From the NCBI GenBank assembly GCA_963977015.1, contig CAXBMO010000002.1, forward strand, positions 128,001-192,000: a stretch of 64,000 nucleotides of DNA, written 5' to 3'. Below are positions 61,997 to 64,000 of the stretch, piece by piece. Position numbers and translations under genes: made by a program. This DNA is from an uncultured bacterium. GTDB taxonomy: Bacteria > Verrucomicrobiota > Verrucomicrobiia > Verrucomicrobiales > DEV007. The notes beneath the pieces were generated by a model. The model was not told the DNA's origin, made no database searches, and was given only the letters and a program-made list of their open reading frames with translations. How positions within the stretch are numbered: position 1 is the first letter of the stretch; each line of letters starts with the position of its first letter.

Positions 61997-63169
61997 ATGG
62001 ATTTGCCACCCCACGTGCCAGAGATTCTTGCATCAGCGAAGAATCACTTGGATGCCCTTCCCCAGCTTCGAGACGTCGTATTGGCTAATGCGGTCTTCTG
62101 CGGAGAGATCCCTTCACCGACGTTCGGAGAGAACAAGCGCATCAGCTTTTTGAGCGACCGCTTCACGGAAAGCGGAGTCGAAAGCTCTGTCGACGAAGTC
62201 GGCAATGTGACCGCGATTGTGCCCGGGAAGAACAACAAGAAGAATATCCTTCTCGCAGCTCACGCTGATACGTTGTGGGACACCAGCGACGATCACGCCG
62301 TCACCGCCCTGACCGACACGCTGCAAGGAATCGGACTCGCCGACAACAGTCTCGGTGTCGCGGCAATGGCATCGTTGCCGCTCATTCTGGAACGTCTCGG
62401 AATTCAATTGGACTCCAACCTCATTTTGCTTGGCGCGGTCCGCAGCTTGGGACGGGGCGACTTGGAAGGGCTACGTTTCTTTCTCGACCACACTCAAAAA
62501 CCGGTTCACGGCGCAGTCTGCATCGAGGGAGCGCAACTCGGTCGACTCAGCCACTCCTGCCTTGGCATGGTTCGCGGCAAGATCACCGTAACCGTTCCCA
62601 AAAACCAGGACTGGAAGTTGTGGGGAGCCTCAAACGCGATCACGAGCCTCCACCAGATTATCGATCGAATCCTCGCGATCGGGCGCCCGGACAAGCCAAG
62701 AACCCAGATCATTCTGGGCTCCGTTCGGGCTGGCAGCGGCTACAACAGTTCGCCGGAACGGGCAACCCTGCGTTTTGAGGTCCGCAGCGAAAGCGAGGAT
62801 GTCGTCCAGAAGATCCAAACGGAGATCAATCAAATTCTGGACGAGGTCAATGCCCATCACCAGGGCAATGCCGAACTCTCCATCATTGCGCAACGCACGC
62901 CAGGAAACCTCGGTTACAACCACCCTCTGGTTACCTCTGTTCGCGCGATCATGGATACGCTGAAGATCCCCGTCACCGTCCAGCCGAGCATGAGCGAGCT
63001 TTCCGCCCTTCTGGTTCGCGACATCCCCAGTGTCACGCTCGGTCTGACCCATGCCGAACACTACAACGAGTTGAACGAAACCGTGCAGATCGAGCCACTG
63101 TTCAAGGGACTGGCTCAAGTCATTGCCACCCTTCAAGTCATGGACCAATCGCTTGCCGCCGAAGCTTAA
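61997..63169 (+). CDS. M20/M25/M40 peptidase-fold protein (catalytic EE motif altered)
   Basis: DEVGNV, AHADT, GLADNSLG, dimerisation domain; VRSLGRGDLEG in place of an EE-containing motif. Confidence 0.8.
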   Translation: MDLPPHVPEILASAKNHLDALPQLRDVVLANAVFCGEIPSPTFGENKRISFLSDRFTESGVESSVDEVGNVTAIVPGKNNKKNILLAAHADTLWDTSDDHAVTALTDTLQGIGLADNSLGVAAMASLPLILERLGIQLDSNLILLGAVRSLGRGDLEGLRFFLDHTQKPVHGAVCIEGAQLGRLSHSCLGMVRGKITVTVPKNQDWKLWGASNAITSLHQIIDRILAIGRPDKPRTQIILGSVRAGSGYNSSPERATLRFEVRSESEDVVQKIQTEINQILDEVNAHHQGNAELSIIAQRTPGNLGYNHPLVTSVRAIMDTLKIPVTVQPSMSELSALLVRDIPSVTLGLTHAEHYNELNETVQIEPLFKGLAQVIATLQVMDQSLAAEA

Positions 63170-63208
63170 CCATTGCAATAAGCCTCAACCCACTATTTCG
63201 CCCGTTCT

Positions 63209-64000
63209 ATGAGTGAGAGCAAAACTATCAATCGCTGGCTGAAGACGAACACGTTTCACCACAGCAATTTCTGGGATCTCCTTCCCTTGCTGGAGGAAAA
63301 AGAGGAGAAGAAACTGAAGATCAGTCTCTGCATCCCGACCCTCAATGAGGAAGCCACCATCGGCAAAGAGATCATCATCTTCAAAAGCGAATTGATGGAC
63401 CGCTACCCGCTCGTTGATGAGATCGCGGTGATCGATTCCGGCTCCAACGACAAGACTTGTGAGATTGCGGCTTCGTTTGGCGCTGATGTCTATTTTTCCG
63501 GCGACATTCTGCCTAGCGAAGGCTTCAAACGCGGCAAGGGCGAAAACCTCTGGAAAGCCATTCATCAGCTGAAAGGGGACATCATTTGCTATGTCGATGC
63601 CGACATCAAAAACATCCATCCCCGTTTCGTCACAGGCTTGGTCGCGCCCCTGATTCGCAACGACGACATGCACTACGTGAAGGCGTTTTACGATCGTCCG
63701 CTCGCGTTCAGTGAGGGCATCCGCCCCTCCGGTGGTGGTCGCGTTACGGAGATTCTCGTCCGCCCGCTCTTCTCCCTCTTCTTTCCTGAGCTAACCGCAT
63801 TGGTTCAGCCGCTTTCCGGCGAATATGCCGTCCGCCGCAAGGTGCTGGAAGAAATTCCGTTCCCCATTGGTTACGGCGTCGAAACGTCGCACATCATCGA
63901 CGTTTACAAGCGGTGGGGACTCAATGCGTTCGGTCAGACCGACCTCGATCAACGCGTCCACCGCAACCAAACGACTCGCGCCCTTGGCAAAATGTCTTTC
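63209..64000 (+). CDS. gpgS: Glucosyl-3-phosphoglycerate synthase, partial (runs off the window end)
   Basis: Translated by hand: CIPTLNEE, IDSGS, GKGENLWKA, YVDAD, VKAFYDRP, GGRVTE, QPLSGEYA, GYGVE, RVHRNQ. Confidence 0.9.
   Translation, partial: MSESKTINRWLKTNTFHHSNFWDLLPLLEEKEEKKLKISLCIPTLNEEATIGKEIIIFKSELMDRYPLVDEIAVIDSGSNDKTCEIAASFGADVYFSGDILPSEGFKRGKGENLWKAIHQLKGDIICYVDADIKNIHPRFVTGLVAPLIRNDDMHYVKAFYDRPLAFSEGIRPSGGGRVTEILVRPLFSLFFPELTALVQPLSGEYAVRRKVLEEIPFPIGYGVETSHIIDVYKRWGLNAFGQTDLDQRVHRNQTTRALGKMSF

Overview
A gene-dense, mostly core/housekeeping bacterial chromosomal segment, very probably from a PVC-superphylum organism (Verrucomicrobiota-like). That assignment is inferred from the DUF1592/DUF1552 pair, a PVC-type heme-binding CxxCH protein, a TIGR04073-like protein, a DUF5069-like protein and an N-terminally extended GreA. 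Recognisable genes include tatA x2, tRNA-Leu(TAG), a class A PBP, cysS, moaE, pgsA, mutL, upp, gdhA, eno, an ftsB-like gene, greA, metG, ppk2, tkt, an arfB-like gene, a creD-like gene and gpgS. I saw no prophage, CRISPR array or intact transposase. The strongest unexplained signal is the 537-bp ppk2-tkt intergenic region, which is tiled by about a dozen back-to-back hairpins and a nested multiloop. Its G-U wobbles and GAAA/UUCG tetraloops point to a large structured non-coding RNA on the minus strand. Other notable items: a class A PBP whose transpeptidase catalytic motifs are lost, a TIR-TM-TPR receptor-like protein, a 200-bp CTAG-flanked MITE, a four-unit CreB-type (cre-tag) box upstream of an uncharacterised gene plus a creD-like gene, and a degenerate M20 peptidase upstream of gpgS. 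All family calls come from motif recognition by eye, not database searches.
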